Part shown: positions 39,621-50,099 of the stretch, in pieces | Numbering within the stretch: the stretch's first letter is position 1 | Layout: every line of letters starts with the position of its first letter | Assembly: GCF_030651595.1 (NCBI RefSeq) | Contig: NZ_JAUSCH010000004.1 | Coordinates: forward strand, 9,380-73,379 | DNA length: 64,000 nt | Source of the DNA: Candidatus Oleimmundimicrobium sp. | GTDB lineage: Bacteria > Actinomycetota > Aquicultoria > UBA3085 > Oleimmundimicrobiaceae | Direction of reading: 5' to 3' | Notes under the pieces: generated by a model | Database searches by the model: none | The model's input: only the letters and a program-made list of their open reading frames with translations | What the model was told of the DNA's origin: nothing | Translations under genes and position numbers: made by a program

Positions 39621-40610
39621 GTGCATTGCTCTTCAGTTACTATCGCGGTTGATGCCATGGGAGGTGATTTTGCTCCCAGAGAGATAGTTAAAGGTTCCTA
39701 TCTTGCAGCTCAAGAGCCGGGAATTAATATAATATTGGTTGGCTTAGAAAGTCAAATAAAGAGCGAATTAAATAAACTTGGTTCAGCTAAAAATATTCGT
39801 ATTGAAAATGCCCCAGACATAATTAAAATGGAAGAACATGCAGCCAGAGCTGTTAAATCTAAACCCCATTCATCAATTTCAATTGCCGCTCAACTTGTAA
39901 AAGAAAACAAGGCTAATGCTATGGTGTCAGCTGGTAATACAGGTGCGGCCATGAGCGCTGCTTTGTTAAAAATTGGACGGATTAAAGGTGTTTCCAGGCC
40001 GGCAATTGCTGTTGTTGTTCCAACCTTAAATAAACTCGTTGTTCTTTTGGATGCTGGAGCAAATGTCGAGTGTAAGCCGCATAATATATTTCAATTTGCG
40101 GTAATGGGGAAATCATATGCATCAAAAGTTTTAGGAGTTAATAAACCGACAATTGGCTTGTTAAATATTGGGAAGGAACACGAAAAAGGGAGCGAATTTC
40201 TTCAGAAATCACATAAATTATTAGAATCTATTGAGGGTTTTGTGGGCAACATTGAAGGAAATGATATTCCTGAAGGAAAAACCGATGTAGTTGTATGTGA
40301 TGGCTTTATCGGAAATGTGGTACTAAAATTAATGGAAGGTATATCTTCGGTGTTTTTTTCTGAAGTAAAAAGAGTGGTTAACGCTTCTGTTTCTGGAAAA
40401 ATTGGCGGATTTTTAATTACTCCTTCTTTTAAAATGATTAAAAACAAGTTGGATTCCGAGGAATATGGTGGAGCTCATCTTTTAGGAATCAACGGAGTTT
40501 GTATTATTGGTCATGGAAATTCAAACGCAAAAGCTTTTAAAAATGCAATCATGGTTGCCAAGCGAGCTGTTTTGGAAAATATCGTTTCTGAAATCAAAAA
40601 AGATATTTAG
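39621..40610 (+). CDS. plsX: phosphate acyltransferase PlsX
   Basis: N-terminal IAVDAMGGDFAP motif. Confidence 0.9.
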   Translation: MHCSSVTIAVDAMGGDFAPREIVKGSYLAAQEPGINIILVGLESQIKSELNKLGSAKNIRIENAPDIIKMEEHAARAVKSKPHSSISIAAQLVKENKANAMVSAGNTGAAMSAALLKIGRIKGVSRPAIAVVVPTLNKLVVLLDAGANVECKPHNIFQFAVMGKSYASKVLGVNKPTIGLLNIGKEHEKGSEFLQKSHKLLESIEGFVGNIEGNDIPEGKTDVVVCDGFIGNVVLKLMEGISSVFFSEVKRVVNASVSGKIGGFLITPSFKMIKNKLDSEEYGGAHLLGINGVCIIGHGNSNAKAFKNAIMVAKRAVLENIVSEIKKDI

Positions 40611-40633
40611 GGGGAAACATTTTAAACAAAGAA

Positions 40634-41632
40634 ATGTCTGTCGGGATTATTGGAACAGGTTCTTATTTGCCAAGCAAGGTTCTTACCAATTTTGATTTGG
40701 AAAAAATTGTAGATACAAGCGATGAGTGGATTAAGACTCGTACCGGTATTTCAGAACGAAGAATTATTGATGATAATGCTAATATTTCTGATATGGCTGT
40801 TGAGGCGAGCAAGAAGGCTCTTTTGGATGCCGATCTTGAAGTTTCCGACATTGATTTAATAATCCTGGCAACCTGTTCACCTGAGACATTAATGCCCTCG
40901 ACATCTTGTCTTGTTCAACAAAAATTGGGAGCGAAAACTATTCCGGCTTTTGATGTATCCGCGGGCTGTACGGGATTAATCTATGCAATTACTATTGGAA
41001 CTCAATTTATAGAAACAGGCATGTACGAAAAAGTTCTGGTTATTGGAGCCGATGCTCTTTCGAGGCATCTTGATTGGACTGATCGTACAACGTGTGTATT
41101 ATTTGGTGATGGTGCGGGAGCCGTTATCCTTGGTAAAGTTCAAAAGGGTTATGGGATTATCTCAAATTATTTAGCAGCAGACGGAAAGGGAGCCGACCTT
41201 TTAAAAATTCCGGCTGGTGGATCAGGCTTGCCTGCGACTGAAGACTCATTTGAAAAAAAACTTCATTGTGTCCAAATGAGCGGAAGCGAAGTTTTTAAAT
41301 TTGCAACCAGAGCATTACCTCGGGCTACAAAAGCAGCACTTAAAAGAGCAAATCTAACAATAGATGACGTAAAATATATAATTCCTCATCAGGCAAATAT
41401 AAGAATACTTGAAAATGTTGCTAAGAAATTTGGGGTTGGTTTTGATAAACTCATCAAAAATATTGATAAGTACGGAAACACATCGACAGCTTCTATAGCA
41501 ATTGCTCTTGATGAACTTCAGAGGGCAAATAAGATACACGAGGGAGATATTTTGCTCCTTGTTGGTTTTGGTGCGGGCTTAACCTGGGGAGCTAACGTGA
41601 TTAAATGGGTTAAGTATAAAAAAAGTAAATGA
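40634..41632 (+). CDS. fabH: 3-oxoacyl-ACP synthase III
   Basis: Active-site Cys context AFDVSAGCTGLIYA, His/Asn blocks; 332 aa. Confidence 0.95.
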   Translation: MSVGIIGTGSYLPSKVLTNFDLEKIVDTSDEWIKTRTGISERRIIDDNANISDMAVEASKKALLDADLEVSDIDLIILATCSPETLMPSTSCLVQQKLGAKTIPAFDVSAGCTGLIYAITIGTQFIETGMYEKVLVIGADALSRHLDWTDRTTCVLFGDGAGAVILGKVQKGYGIISNYLAADGKGADLLKIPAGGSGLPATEDSFEKKLHCVQMSGSEVFKFATRALPRATKAALKRANLTIDDVKYIIPHQANIRILENVAKKFGVGFDKLIKNIDKYGNTSTASIAIALDELQRANKIHEGDILLLVGFGAGLTWGANVIKWVKYKKSK

Positions 41633-41650
41633 TGGTAAAGGGGTGCCGGT

Positions 41651-42808
41651 GTGGATTATTTTCTAACAGAAGAACAACAAATGATAAAGGAACTAGCAAA
41701 AAAAATAGCTGACGAAAAAGTGATTCCGGTAAGAGCCAAATTAGATGAAGAAGAGGAATTTCCTTGGGCTATTATGAAAGATTTAGCTCAGGCAGACCTA
41801 TTTGGTCTTTATATGCCGGAAGAATACGGAGGAATTGGTTTCGGTTGCTTTGAAACGGTTCTCGCGGTTGAAGAGTTGAGTAAAGCATGTTGTGGAGTGG
41901 CAGTAAGTTATGCGGCAAGTGTTCTCGGAGCGTATCCTATCCTTTTATTTGGCTCAGAAGACCAGAAGAAAAAGTATCTACCGGATTTAGCATCTGGTAA
42001 GAAGCTTGGAGCTTTTGGTTTAACGGAAGCCAATGCGGGAAGCGATGCTTCGGCAATTCAAACAAAAGCCGATAAAGATGGAGATTTTTACGTCCTCAAT
42101 GGAACTAAACAATGGATAACCAATGGTGGCGAAGCGGAAACTTACACGATAATCGCCATGACAAATAAAAACAAAGGAAGCCGAGGAGCCACTGCTTTTA
42201 TTGTTGAAAAAGGAACGCCTGGCTTTTCGTTTGGGAAAAAAGAGAAAAAACTTGGAATACGATGCTCGGCAACAAGAGAGCTGGTTTTTGAAAATTGTCG
42301 AATACCCAAGGAAAATATTTTAGGAAAAGAAGGAATGGGTTTTATAGTTGCCATGAGAACCTTAGATATGACCCGTCCGGGGATTGGAGCTCAAGGCGTT
42401 GGTGTTGCTCAAGGAGCCTTCGATGCCGCTCTTGATTATTCGCGTCAAAGGATGCAGTTTGGTAAGCCGATATCTTCATTTCAAGTAATCCAGCATATGT
42501 TTGCAGATATGGCTATTCAAATTGAAGCTGCGCGCGCGCTGGTTTACGCGACTGCAAAAATGATTGATGGTGGAGCTAAGAATTTTTCGAAAGAATCCGC
42601 CATGGCTAAAACCTTTGCTTCTGATATGGCGATGGAAGTTACCATTAACGCTGTTCAAATAATGGGTGGTTATGGTTATATGCGTGAGTACCCGGTTGAA
42701 AAAATGATGAGGGACGCAAAAATTATTCAAATTTACGAGGGGACAAATCAAGTTCAGAGGAATGTAATTGCCCGGCAATTAATTAAAGAAAATATGGGTA
42801 AAAAATAG
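41651..42808 (+). CDS. acyl-CoA dehydrogenase (butyryl-CoA dehydrogenase-like)
   Basis: ACAD N-, middle- and C-domain pattern (…GLTEANAGSDA…, …YEGTNQVQ…); 385 aa. Confidence 0.85.
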   Translation: MDYFLTEEQQMIKELAKKIADEKVIPVRAKLDEEEEFPWAIMKDLAQADLFGLYMPEEYGGIGFGCFETVLAVEELSKACCGVAVSYAASVLGAYPILLFGSEDQKKKYLPDLASGKKLGAFGLTEANAGSDASAIQTKADKDGDFYVLNGTKQWITNGGEAETYTIIAMTNKNKGSRGATAFIVEKGTPGFSFGKKEKKLGIRCSATRELVFENCRIPKENILGKEGMGFIVAMRTLDMTRPGIGAQGVGVAQGAFDAALDYSRQRMQFGKPISSFQVIQHMFADMAIQIEAARALVYATAKMIDGGAKNFSKESAMAKTFASDMAMEVTINAVQIMGGYGYMREYPVEKMMRDAKIIQIYEGTNQVQRNVIARQLIKENMGKK

Positions 42809-42825
42809 ATATTTGGAGGACGGTT

Positions 42826-43611
42826 TTGAACATTATCGTTTGTATAAAACAGGTTCCTGATACAACCAAAGTAAAGATAGACCCAGAAACCAATACCTTA
42901 GTAAGAGAAGGGGTAAAGAGCATAATTAACCCGTTTGATATGTATGCGTTGGAAGAAGCAATTAGAACAAAGGAGAAAGTTGGCGGAAATATTAGCGTGT
43001 TAACCATGGGTCCTCCCCAGGCCGCAGAGGCATTAAGGGAGGCAATTGCAATGGGTGTAGACGATGTTTATTTGTTATCGGATAGAGCATTTGCCGGGGC
43101 CGATACCCTCGCAACTTCTTATACTTTATCAAAAGGCATAGAAAAGATAGAGCAGTTTGACCTCATAATTTGCGGAAAACAGACAATAGATGGAGACACG
43201 GGACAGGTGGGCCCCGAGGTTGCTCAGAAATTAGGAATACCGGTTGTCACATATGTGAGCAAAATTGAAAATATAAAAAATGGTCAAATCAAACTTAAGC
43301 GAATGGTAGAAGACGGTTACGAAGTAATTGAGGCAGAAACACCTTTGTTGATAACGGTTGTAAAAGAGATAAATGAACCCAGGATGCCATCTCTTCGGGG
43401 GACAATGAAGGCAAAGAAAGCTGAGATACCAACATGGAACGCAAATGATATTGGGGCAGAAAGTGAGAGAGCGGGTCTTTCCGGCTCTCCAACCCAAGTC
43501 GTTCGAATTTTTGCTCCAGAGATTTCCAAAAAGTGCGAGATTTTAGAGGGAGAACCAACGGAAATTGCTGAAAAGCTTATTAAAAAGTTAAAAAAGGGAA
43601 AGGTTATCTAA
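42826..43611 (+). CDS. etfB: electron transfer flavoprotein beta subunit
   Basis: N-terminus MNIIVCIKQVPDT typical of EtfB/FixA. Confidence 0.85.
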   Translation: MNIIVCIKQVPDTTKVKIDPETNTLVREGVKSIINPFDMYALEEAIRTKEKVGGNISVLTMGPPQAAEALREAIAMGVDDVYLLSDRAFAGADTLATSYTLSKGIEKIEQFDLIICGKQTIDGDTGQVGPEVAQKLGIPVVTYVSKIENIKNGQIKLKRMVEDGYEVIEAETPLLITVVKEINEPRMPSLRGTMKAKKAEIPTWNANDIGAESERAGLSGSPTQVVRIFAPEISKKCEILEGEPTEIAEKLIKKLKKGKVI

Positions 43612-43618
43612 GTAGTTT

Positions 43619-44842
43619 TTGGGCCAAAACCTTATTTACCGGGAGGAATTTTTGAGTATTAAAGTTGATTTGAGCAAATGCAAGGGTTGTAAACTCTGCG
43701 CAAAAGCTTGTATGTATGGGGCAATTGATATTGTTGAGAAGAAAGCATATATAAACAACAACTGCACCCTGTGTGGCGCGTGTGTCTCGGCTTGTAAATA
43801 TGGAGCCATTTCTATCTCAAAGAAAAAGAAAACAGCTTTCAATGAAGGCGATTATGAGGGAGTTTGGGTTTTTGCTGAGCAGAAGCAAGGCAAATTAGCC
43901 GGAGTAGCTTTTGAGCTTCTTGGTGAAGGGAGAAAGTTGGCCGATGAGTTGGGAGTTAAGCTTTCTGCCGTCTTATTGGGAGAAAAAATTAGCGATTTAG
44001 CCAATGAACTTATATTTTATGGAGCAGATAGGATTTATATTGTTGATAACCCAATCTTGAAAGATCGTCTCGATGAACCTTATGCAAATACTCTTGTTCA
44101 ACTAATTCACGAGCATAAACCGGAAATTTTTTTAGCCGGGGCAACTTCTTTTGGGCGTTCATTAATTCCCAGAGTTGCGGCAACTTTGGAAACAGGGCTT
44201 ACTGCCGACTGCACAAGTCTTGCTATTGATAAAAAAAATAAATTTTTATTACAGACTCGCCCGGCATTTGGCGGAAATATCATGGCTACCATAATTTGCC
44301 CGAACAAGAGACCGCAAATGGCTACGGTTAGACCCAAAGTGATGAAGTGTGCTCAAAGAGACGACACGAGAAGTGGTGAAATAATTGAGGAGACAATATT
44401 GAAACCCACTTCTTTAAGGGTAAAGTTGTTGGACTTTATGGAGGAGCTAAATAATAAGGTAAACTTAGAAGAAGCAGAGATTGTTGTCGCGGGTGGAAGG
44501 GGTCTGGGTAAAGCCGAGAATTTTAAGCTTATTCACGAGATGGCCTCGATTTTAGGGGCAGCTGTGGGTGCTTCAAGAGCGGCAGTTGATGCTGAATGGA
44601 TACCCTATTCTCATCAGGTTGGACAAACCGGCAAGACTGTTTCTCCAAAACTATATATTGCTTGTGGAATTTCCGGAGCTATTCAACATCTTACCGGTAT
44701 GCAAACTGCCGATAATATTGTCGCCATAAATAAAGACCCGGATGCTCCAATTTTTAATGTTGCCAACTATGGTATAGTTGGTGACTTATTTGAAATAATT
44801 CCGGCCATCACAGCTAAACTAAAAGAGGTTAGCGGGGGTTAA
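43619..44842 (+). CDS. etfA: electron transfer flavoprotein alpha subunit with N-terminal 2x[4Fe-4S] ferredoxin domain
   Basis: Two CxxCxxCxxxC ferredoxin motifs followed by an EtfA/FixB fold; a TTG at 43652 after GGGAGG may be the real start. Confidence 0.85.
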   Translation: MGQNLIYREEFLSIKVDLSKCKGCKLCAKACMYGAIDIVEKKAYINNNCTLCGACVSACKYGAISISKKKKTAFNEGDYEGVWVFAEQKQGKLAGVAFELLGEGRKLADELGVKLSAVLLGEKISDLANELIFYGADRIYIVDNPILKDRLDEPYANTLVQLIHEHKPEIFLAGATSFGRSLIPRVAATLETGLTADCTSLAIDKKNKFLLQTRPAFGGNIMATIICPNKRPQMATVRPKVMKCAQRDDTRSGEIIEETILKPTSLRVKLLDFMEELNNKVNLEEAEIVVAGGRGLGKAENFKLIHEMASILGAAVGASRAAVDAEWIPYSHQVGQTGKTVSPKLYIACGISGAIQHLTGMQTADNIVAINKDPDAPIFNVANYGIVGDLFEIIPAITAKLKEVSGG

Positions 44843-44845
44843 TGA

Positions 44846-45799
44846 TTGAGTAAAAAAATTGCTTTCATCTTTCCAGGACAAGGTTCTCAATATATAGGAA
44901 TGGGAAAAGATTTAAAGGAGTCCATTAAAGAGTTAGCCGATATTTTTAGGCAAGCTGATGAAGTCTTAAAAAGGAAGATATCAAGTATTTGTTTTGAGGG
45001 TCCCGAAAGTGAGCTCGGCAAAACCATTAATACTCAGCCTGCGATTTTTGCAGTTAATCATGTTTGTTACGTTGCATTAAAATTAAATGGAATAGAGCCA
45101 GATATAGTGGCCGGACATAGCCTAGGAGAGTATAATGCTCTTGTTGCAGCTGATGTTATTGATTTTAAAACCGGTTTGCGGCTAGTTGAAAAAAGAGCGC
45201 AATTTATGGAGAAAGCGGCCTCAAAAAGACCAGGCAAAATGGCTGCAGTTATTGGATTAGATTCAAAAATTGTTGAAAAAATAATTGAACCACTAAAAAA
45301 GAGAGGAATAATTAATATAGCGAATTATAATTGTCCAGGGCAACTTGTGGTATCGGGAGAGAACTTGCTTATTAAAGAGGCTAGTTATCTCTTAAAGCAA
45401 AGTGGAGCAAAAAGGGTTATTGAACTTTCGGTAAGCGGTGGATTTCACTCTAAATTAATGGACGAAGCAGAAATTGAATTCTCTGAAGTTTTAAATGGAG
45501 TATCTTTTTCTAAACCCGGACGTGGCATAGTTTCAAATTATACAGCGGAAAGTTCAACCAATCCATTGGAGTTAAAAGAGGCCTTAAAATGCCAAATTAC
45601 AGGATCGGTTCGTTGGGAGCAATTAATTAAAAAAATTCAAACTTTTGGTGTCAATAAATTTATCGAAGTTGGTCCGAAAAAAGTTTTAACGGGTCTGGTT
45701 AGAAGGATTGCACCTGAAGCAATTTTATTTAATATAGAAGATGTTGATAGTTTAAAAGCCACCGTTTCCAAGATAAGGGAGGTGAAGAGTGACGTTTAA
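44846..45799 (+). CDS. fabD: malonyl CoA-ACP transacylase
   Basis: FIFPGQGSQ and GHSLGEY motifs. Confidence 0.9.
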   Translation: MSKKIAFIFPGQGSQYIGMGKDLKESIKELADIFRQADEVLKRKISSICFEGPESELGKTINTQPAIFAVNHVCYVALKLNGIEPDIVAGHSLGEYNALVAADVIDFKTGLRLVEKRAQFMEKAASKRPGKMAAVIGLDSKIVEKIIEPLKKRGIINIANYNCPGQLVVSGENLLIKEASYLLKQSGAKRVIELSVSGGFHSKLMDEAEIEFSEVLNGVSFSKPGRGIVSNYTAESSTNPLELKEALKCQITGSVRWEQLIKKIQTFGVNKFIEVGPKKVLTGLVRRIAPEAILFNIEDVDSLKATVSKIREVKSDV

Positions 45800-46532
45800 A
45801 AATAAAGTTGCTCTTGTTACGGGCAGCACAAAAGGAATAGGCAAGGAGATTTGCCTAAAATTTGCTGAATTAGGAGCGGATATCGTCGTAAATGCTCGCA
45901 GTAGCGAGGTTGAAGCGGAACCACTTATTAATAAGATAAAAAATTTGGGCAGGAAGGCAATTTTCATTCAAGCCGATGTTAGTGTTTTTGATGAAGCATC
46001 GTCCTTAATTGAACAAGCCATTCAAAAAATGGGCAAGGTAGATATTTTAATCAATAATGCAGGAATAACTCGTGATAACCTTATAATTAGAATGAAAGAG
46101 GATGAGTGGGACTCTGTATTGAATGTAAACTTAAAAGGGACATTCAATTGTATAAAAGCAGTATCGCGACATATGATAAAAAGGCGTGAGGGAGTAATAA
46201 TTAATCTCTCGTCTGTTGTGGGGCTTATCGGCAACGCGGGGCAGGCAAATTATTCTGCTTCAAAAGCCGGTGTAATAGCTTTAACAAAAACAGTGGCAAA
46301 AGAGTTTGCCTCTCGTGGAATTAGGGCCAATGCCGTTGCTCCGGGATTTATTCAAACAAAGATGACGGAGAGGTTATCGGATGAGGTAAAAAATAAAGTG
46401 TTGGAGAATATTCCGCTTGCTAAATTTGGTTCTCCTAGAGACGTGGCCAATGTAGTGGCCTTTCTTGCATCAGATGATGCAAGATATATAACCGGACAAG
46501 TTATAAGTGTTGATGGTGGAATGATAATGTAA
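45789..46532 (+). CDS. fabG: 3-oxoacyl-ACP reductase
   Basis: SDR motifs TGSTKGIG, NNAG, YSASK. Confidence 0.9.
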   Translation: MTFKNKVALVTGSTKGIGKEICLKFAELGADIVVNARSSEVEAEPLINKIKNLGRKAIFIQADVSVFDEASSLIEQAIQKMGKVDILINNAGITRDNLIIRMKEDEWDSVLNVNLKGTFNCIKAVSRHMIKRREGVIINLSSVVGLIGNAGQANYSASKAGVIALTKTVAKEFASRGIRANAVAPGFIQTKMTERLSDEVKNKVLENIPLAKFGSPRDVANVVAFLASDDARYITGQVISVDGGMIM

Positions 46533-46565
46533 CTTATATTTATTAATTCAAAGGAGGAGATTTAA

Positions 46566-46802
46566 GTGTCACAAGAAAATTTTGAGAAGGTTAAGGGAAT
46601 TATAGCGGAGCAATTAGGAGTCGATAAAGATATCATTAAAATTGAGACATCTTTTGTTGACGATCTCGGAGCAGATTCATTAGATATTGTTGAGTTGGTT
46701 ATGGCTTTAGAGGAAGAATTTGGTTTAGAAATATCTGATGAAGACGCGGAGAAGATAACAACTGTCGGCCAGGTAATTAAATATATAGAAAACAAGTCAT
46801 AA
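46566..46802 (+). CDS. acpP: acyl carrier protein
   Basis: [21 protein letters not shown] phosphopantetheine-attachment motif; 78 aa. Confidence 0.9.
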   Translation: MSQENFEKVKGIIAEQLGVDKDIIKIETSFVDDLGADSLDIVELVMALEEEFGLEISDEDAEKITTVGQVIKYIENKS

Positions 46803-46813
46803 AGGAGAGAAGC

Positions 46814-47800
46814 ATGAAATTACCGGTATTGGAAATAGGTAAACTTCGAGCGCCTGTTCCCATTGTTCAAGGAGGGATGGCTGTCAGAATTTCTCTTGCA
46901 CCTCTTGCAGCGGCTGTAGCCAATGAAGGGGGAATTGGTTTGATTGCGGCTTCAGGAATTCACCCCCCGGAGGTTTCAGAGCAAATTAAAAAAGCGAAAA
47001 GATTGACCGATGGAATAGTAGGCATAAACGTAATGGTCGCGGTTAAAGAATTTAAAGATATTGTTACAACAGCCATACATGAAAAAGTTGATTTAATAGT
47101 TGCCGGTGCCGGTTTTTCTAGAGATATTTTTATTCTTGGAAAGGAAAACAATGTTCCAATTGTTCCGATTGTTTCGTCGGAAAGAGTAGCTCGTCTTGCA
47201 GAAAAATTTGGCGCGTCGGCTATTGTGGTTGAAGGGAAAGAAGCAGGCGGTCATCTTGGCACAGATAAACCTCTTTTATCGATACTGCCTGGAATTATTA
47301 ATAGTGTGAAGATACCGGTAATAGCGGCGGGAGGAATTCTTAAGGGTTCAGATATAGCCCGGGTGCTTTCTATGGGGGCGAAGGGTGTTCAAATGGGGAC
47401 TCGTTTCGCAGCTAGCGATGAGAGCAGCGCGGCTTCGGCCTGGAAAGAAGCATACGTGAACGCAAAAGCTGAAGACGTTGTCATTATTGAAAGTCCGGTT
47501 GGGATGCCCGGAAGAGCTTTAAGAACAAAATTTGTTAAAGATCTTTTTGCGAACAAAGTTCCTACCTTTAAAGATATAAAAAAATGTGTAACTTGCTTAA
47601 AACACTGCAAGAGAAATTATTGCATTATGCAGGCGCTTGAAAGTGCTCGAATGGGTGACCTGGAAAAAGGCCTTATTTTTTGCGGTGAGCGTGTAGGGGA
47701 AATAAATGATATTCTTCCGGTTAAAAAAATAATTGCTAATCTTATTAAAGAATTTAATGAAAGTGTTGGAGGTGCAAAGGAATGCCCCGAAGAGTTGTAA
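46814..47800 (+). CDS. fabK: enoyl-ACP reductase II (FabK-type, nitronate monooxygenase fold)
   Basis: [11 protein letters not shown]-binding N-terminus and NPD/TIM-barrel pattern; positioned in the fab operon. Confidence 0.85.
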   Translation: MKLPVLEIGKLRAPVPIVQGGMAVRISLAPLAAAVANEGGIGLIAASGIHPPEVSEQIKKAKRLTDGIVGINVMVAVKEFKDIVTTAIHEKVDLIVAGAGFSRDIFILGKENNVPIVPIVSSERVARLAEKFGASAIVVEGKEAGGHLGTDKPLLSILPGIINSVKIPVIAAGGILKGSDIARVLSMGAKGVQMGTRFAASDESSAASAWKEAYVNAKAEDVVIIESPVGMPGRALRTKFVKDLFANKVPTFKDIKKCVTCLKHCKRNYCIMQALESARMGDLEKGLIFCGERVGEINDILPVKKIIANLIKEFNESVGGAKECPEEL

Positions 47801-49020
47801 TTACCGGCCTTGGGCCTGTTACTTCTATTGGTATAGGCAAAACTGCTTTTTGGGAATCGCTGATTAAGGGAAAATCAGGGATAGGAGAGATAACTTTTTT
47901 TGATTCAAACGATTTCAGCTCTCGAATAGCGGGCGAGATTAAAAATTTTGAACCGAAAGATTATCTCGAGGCAAAAGAAGCGCGAAGAATGGATAGATTC
48001 TGTCAATTTGCTTTGGCGGCTGCAACACTAGCTCTTAAAGATGCAAATTTAAAGATAACAGACTCAATTGCTGATAAAGTTGGAGTTATTATAGGGTCAG
48101 GCATAGGCGGGATAAAAACGTTAGAAGAACAACATAAAATTTTATTGCAAAAGGGGCCTAAAAGAGTTAGCCCATTTCTTGTGCCAATGATGATTTCCGA
48201 TATTGCGGCTGGCAATGTCTCAATTGCTCTGGGGGCAAAAGGTCCAAATTTTTGTACCGTATCTGCTTGTGCCTCCGCAACACATGCTATTGGGGAAGCA
48301 TTTGAGACTATTAGACGAGGTGCGGCTGAGGTTTGTATAACGGGTGGGGCAGAAGCCCCAATAACACCACTGTCTGTTGCAGGTTTTTGTGCGGCTCGGG
48401 CTCTTTCAACAAGAAACGATGAGCCAACCAAAGCAAGCAGGCCATTTGATGCAAAACGAGACGGATTTGTTATTGCAGAAGGTGCGGGAATAGTGGTTTT
48501 AGAAAGCTTTGAAAGCGCTGTAAACAGAGGAGCTCAAATTTATGCTGAGATAGTGGGTTATGGTGCTACAGGGGATGCCTATCACATGACGGCACCAGCT
48601 CCGTTTGGCGAAGGGGCAGCTCGTGCCATGCAAAAGGCAATTGATGGGTCGGGTTTGGACTTTAAAGAAGTGGATTATATAAATGCGCACGGAACATCAA
48701 CTCTCTATAACGATGAATTTGAAACTTCGGCTATTAAAAAGGTTTTTGGGGAGCATGCCTACAATCTCTTAGTTAGTTCAACAAAATCTATGACCGGTCA
48801 TACTTTGGGGGCAGCCGGGGGTATTGAGATGATTGCGTGTGCGCTTTCAATTGAAAAAAAAGTTATTCCTCCAACAATCAATTATGAATACGCCGATCCA
48901 AAATGTGACTTAAATTACGTTCCAAACAAAGCTATTAAAAAATCGGTTTCGGTTGTCATGTCGAATTCTTTAGGTTTCGGTGGCCATAACGCTAGTATAA
49001 TAATGAAAGCAATTGAGTAA
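47782..49020 (+). CDS. fabF: 3-oxoacyl-ACP synthase II
   Basis: Active-site Cys context TVSACASA, His-His blocks; 412 aa. Confidence 0.95.
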   Translation: MPRRVVITGLGPVTSIGIGKTAFWESLIKGKSGIGEITFFDSNDFSSRIAGEIKNFEPKDYLEAKEARRMDRFCQFALAAATLALKDANLKITDSIADKVGVIIGSGIGGIKTLEEQHKILLQKGPKRVSPFLVPMMISDIAAGNVSIALGAKGPNFCTVSACASATHAIGEAFETIRRGAAEVCITGGAEAPITPLSVAGFCAARALSTRNDEPTKASRPFDAKRDGFVIAEGAGIVVLESFESAVNRGAQIYAEIVGYGATGDAYHMTAPAPFGEGAARAMQKAIDGSGLDFKEVDYINAHGTSTLYNDEFETSAIKKVFGEHAYNLLVSSTKSMTGHTLGAAGGIEMIACALSIEKKVIPPTINYEYADPKCDLNYVPNKAIKKSVSVVMSNSLGFGGHNASIIMKAIE

Positions 49021-49189
49021 CAGATTTAATGAATTTAGAAGATGATTTGCCGGGGATTGTACAGTATGTCTAAGAGCAGATTATTTAATTATAAAATTAA
49101 AATTCGGCACAGTGATTGATGAATTAAAAATTGAAAACTTAATCTTAAACAAGTTAAAATGAGATTTTTTTAATAATGGTGGTGGCAGA

Positions 49190-49891
49190 TTGAATAACAA
49201 CGAGGCAAGTAGGGCTGAGCAGTGCTTAGGCCTTGTTTTTTTTAATAAAAATTTACTCAAAGTTGCTTTAACCCACAAATCATTTACTGCAGAGACAAAT
49301 GATGAAGTTGAAGTGAATGAACGATTAGAGTTTTTAGGCGACGCTGTTCTTGAACTTGTGATAACTGATTTTTTATACAATCACTATCCCAATCTTGAAG
49401 AAGGAAATTTGGCAATGCTTCGAGCTAATATTGTAAATGCAGAGGTATTAGCTAAATTAGCCAAAAACATAGGTCTCGGAAAATATATTTTTATGAGTAA
49501 AGGGACTGAACTTACAGGCGGTAGAAGACAGGTTTCAATTTTAGGTGATTGTCTGGAAGCAGTTTTGGGAGCTGTTTATTTAGACCAGGGGATAGAGAAA
49601 ACTAAGGAGTTTATTTTAACGATTTTTCAAGAAGAAATAAAGAGGCAGGCTTCTAAGGAAAAATATTTAGATTTAAAAACAAATCTTCAGGAATATACAA
49701 TGAAAAAATTTCAAATATTGCCTTTATATAAGATAACTCGAGAAGAAGGGTCTGTTCACGATAGAACTTTTTTTGCTGAAGTTGGTGTTGGAGATCATGT
49801 TTGGGGTAAAGGTAAAGGTAAAAGTAAAAAAAAGGCCGAACAAGAGGCGGCAAAAGAAGCCCTTCAAAAACTTCAGAAGCTACATGGTTAA
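49190..49891 (+). CDS. rnc: ribonuclease III
   Basis: RNase III signature ERLEFLGDAVLEL and C-terminal dsRBD. Confidence 0.9.
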   Translation: MNNNEASRAEQCLGLVFFNKNLLKVALTHKSFTAETNDEVEVNERLEFLGDAVLELVITDFLYNHYPNLEEGNLAMLRANIVNAEVLAKLAKNIGLGKYIFMSKGTELTGGRRQVSILGDCLEAVLGAVYLDQGIEKTKEFILTIFQEEIKRQASKEKYLDLKTNLQEYTMKKFQILPLYKITREEGSVHDRTFFAEVGVGDHVWGKGKGKSKKKAEQEAAKEALQKLQKLHG

Positions 49892-50099
49892 AAACAAAAG
49901 AATGAAATTTGTTTTTAAGATATTGATTAGAGGATAGCGGACAATGTAAAGCAGAACAATGTTCTTGGTTTTTAATATTAATAACGATTGTTTTTTATAC
50001 TGTTTGAGCAGGAATTTCGATGATTAAATCTCGTTATTATTTAATTTTTGCAGAAGTGTCATTATGTAAAAATAGTTTGAGATTAAAGGAGGAAGATAT

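Noticed and set aside
42142-43558. Multiple 70-100-aa minus-strand ORFs within the ACAD/etfB region
   Set aside because: All antisense to strongly supported + strand genes with clear family motifs.
49892-49925. Terminator after rnc (AAAACAAA...TTTGTTTTT)
   Set aside because: Stem is A/T only and very weak; cannot be supported as a terminator from sequence alone.
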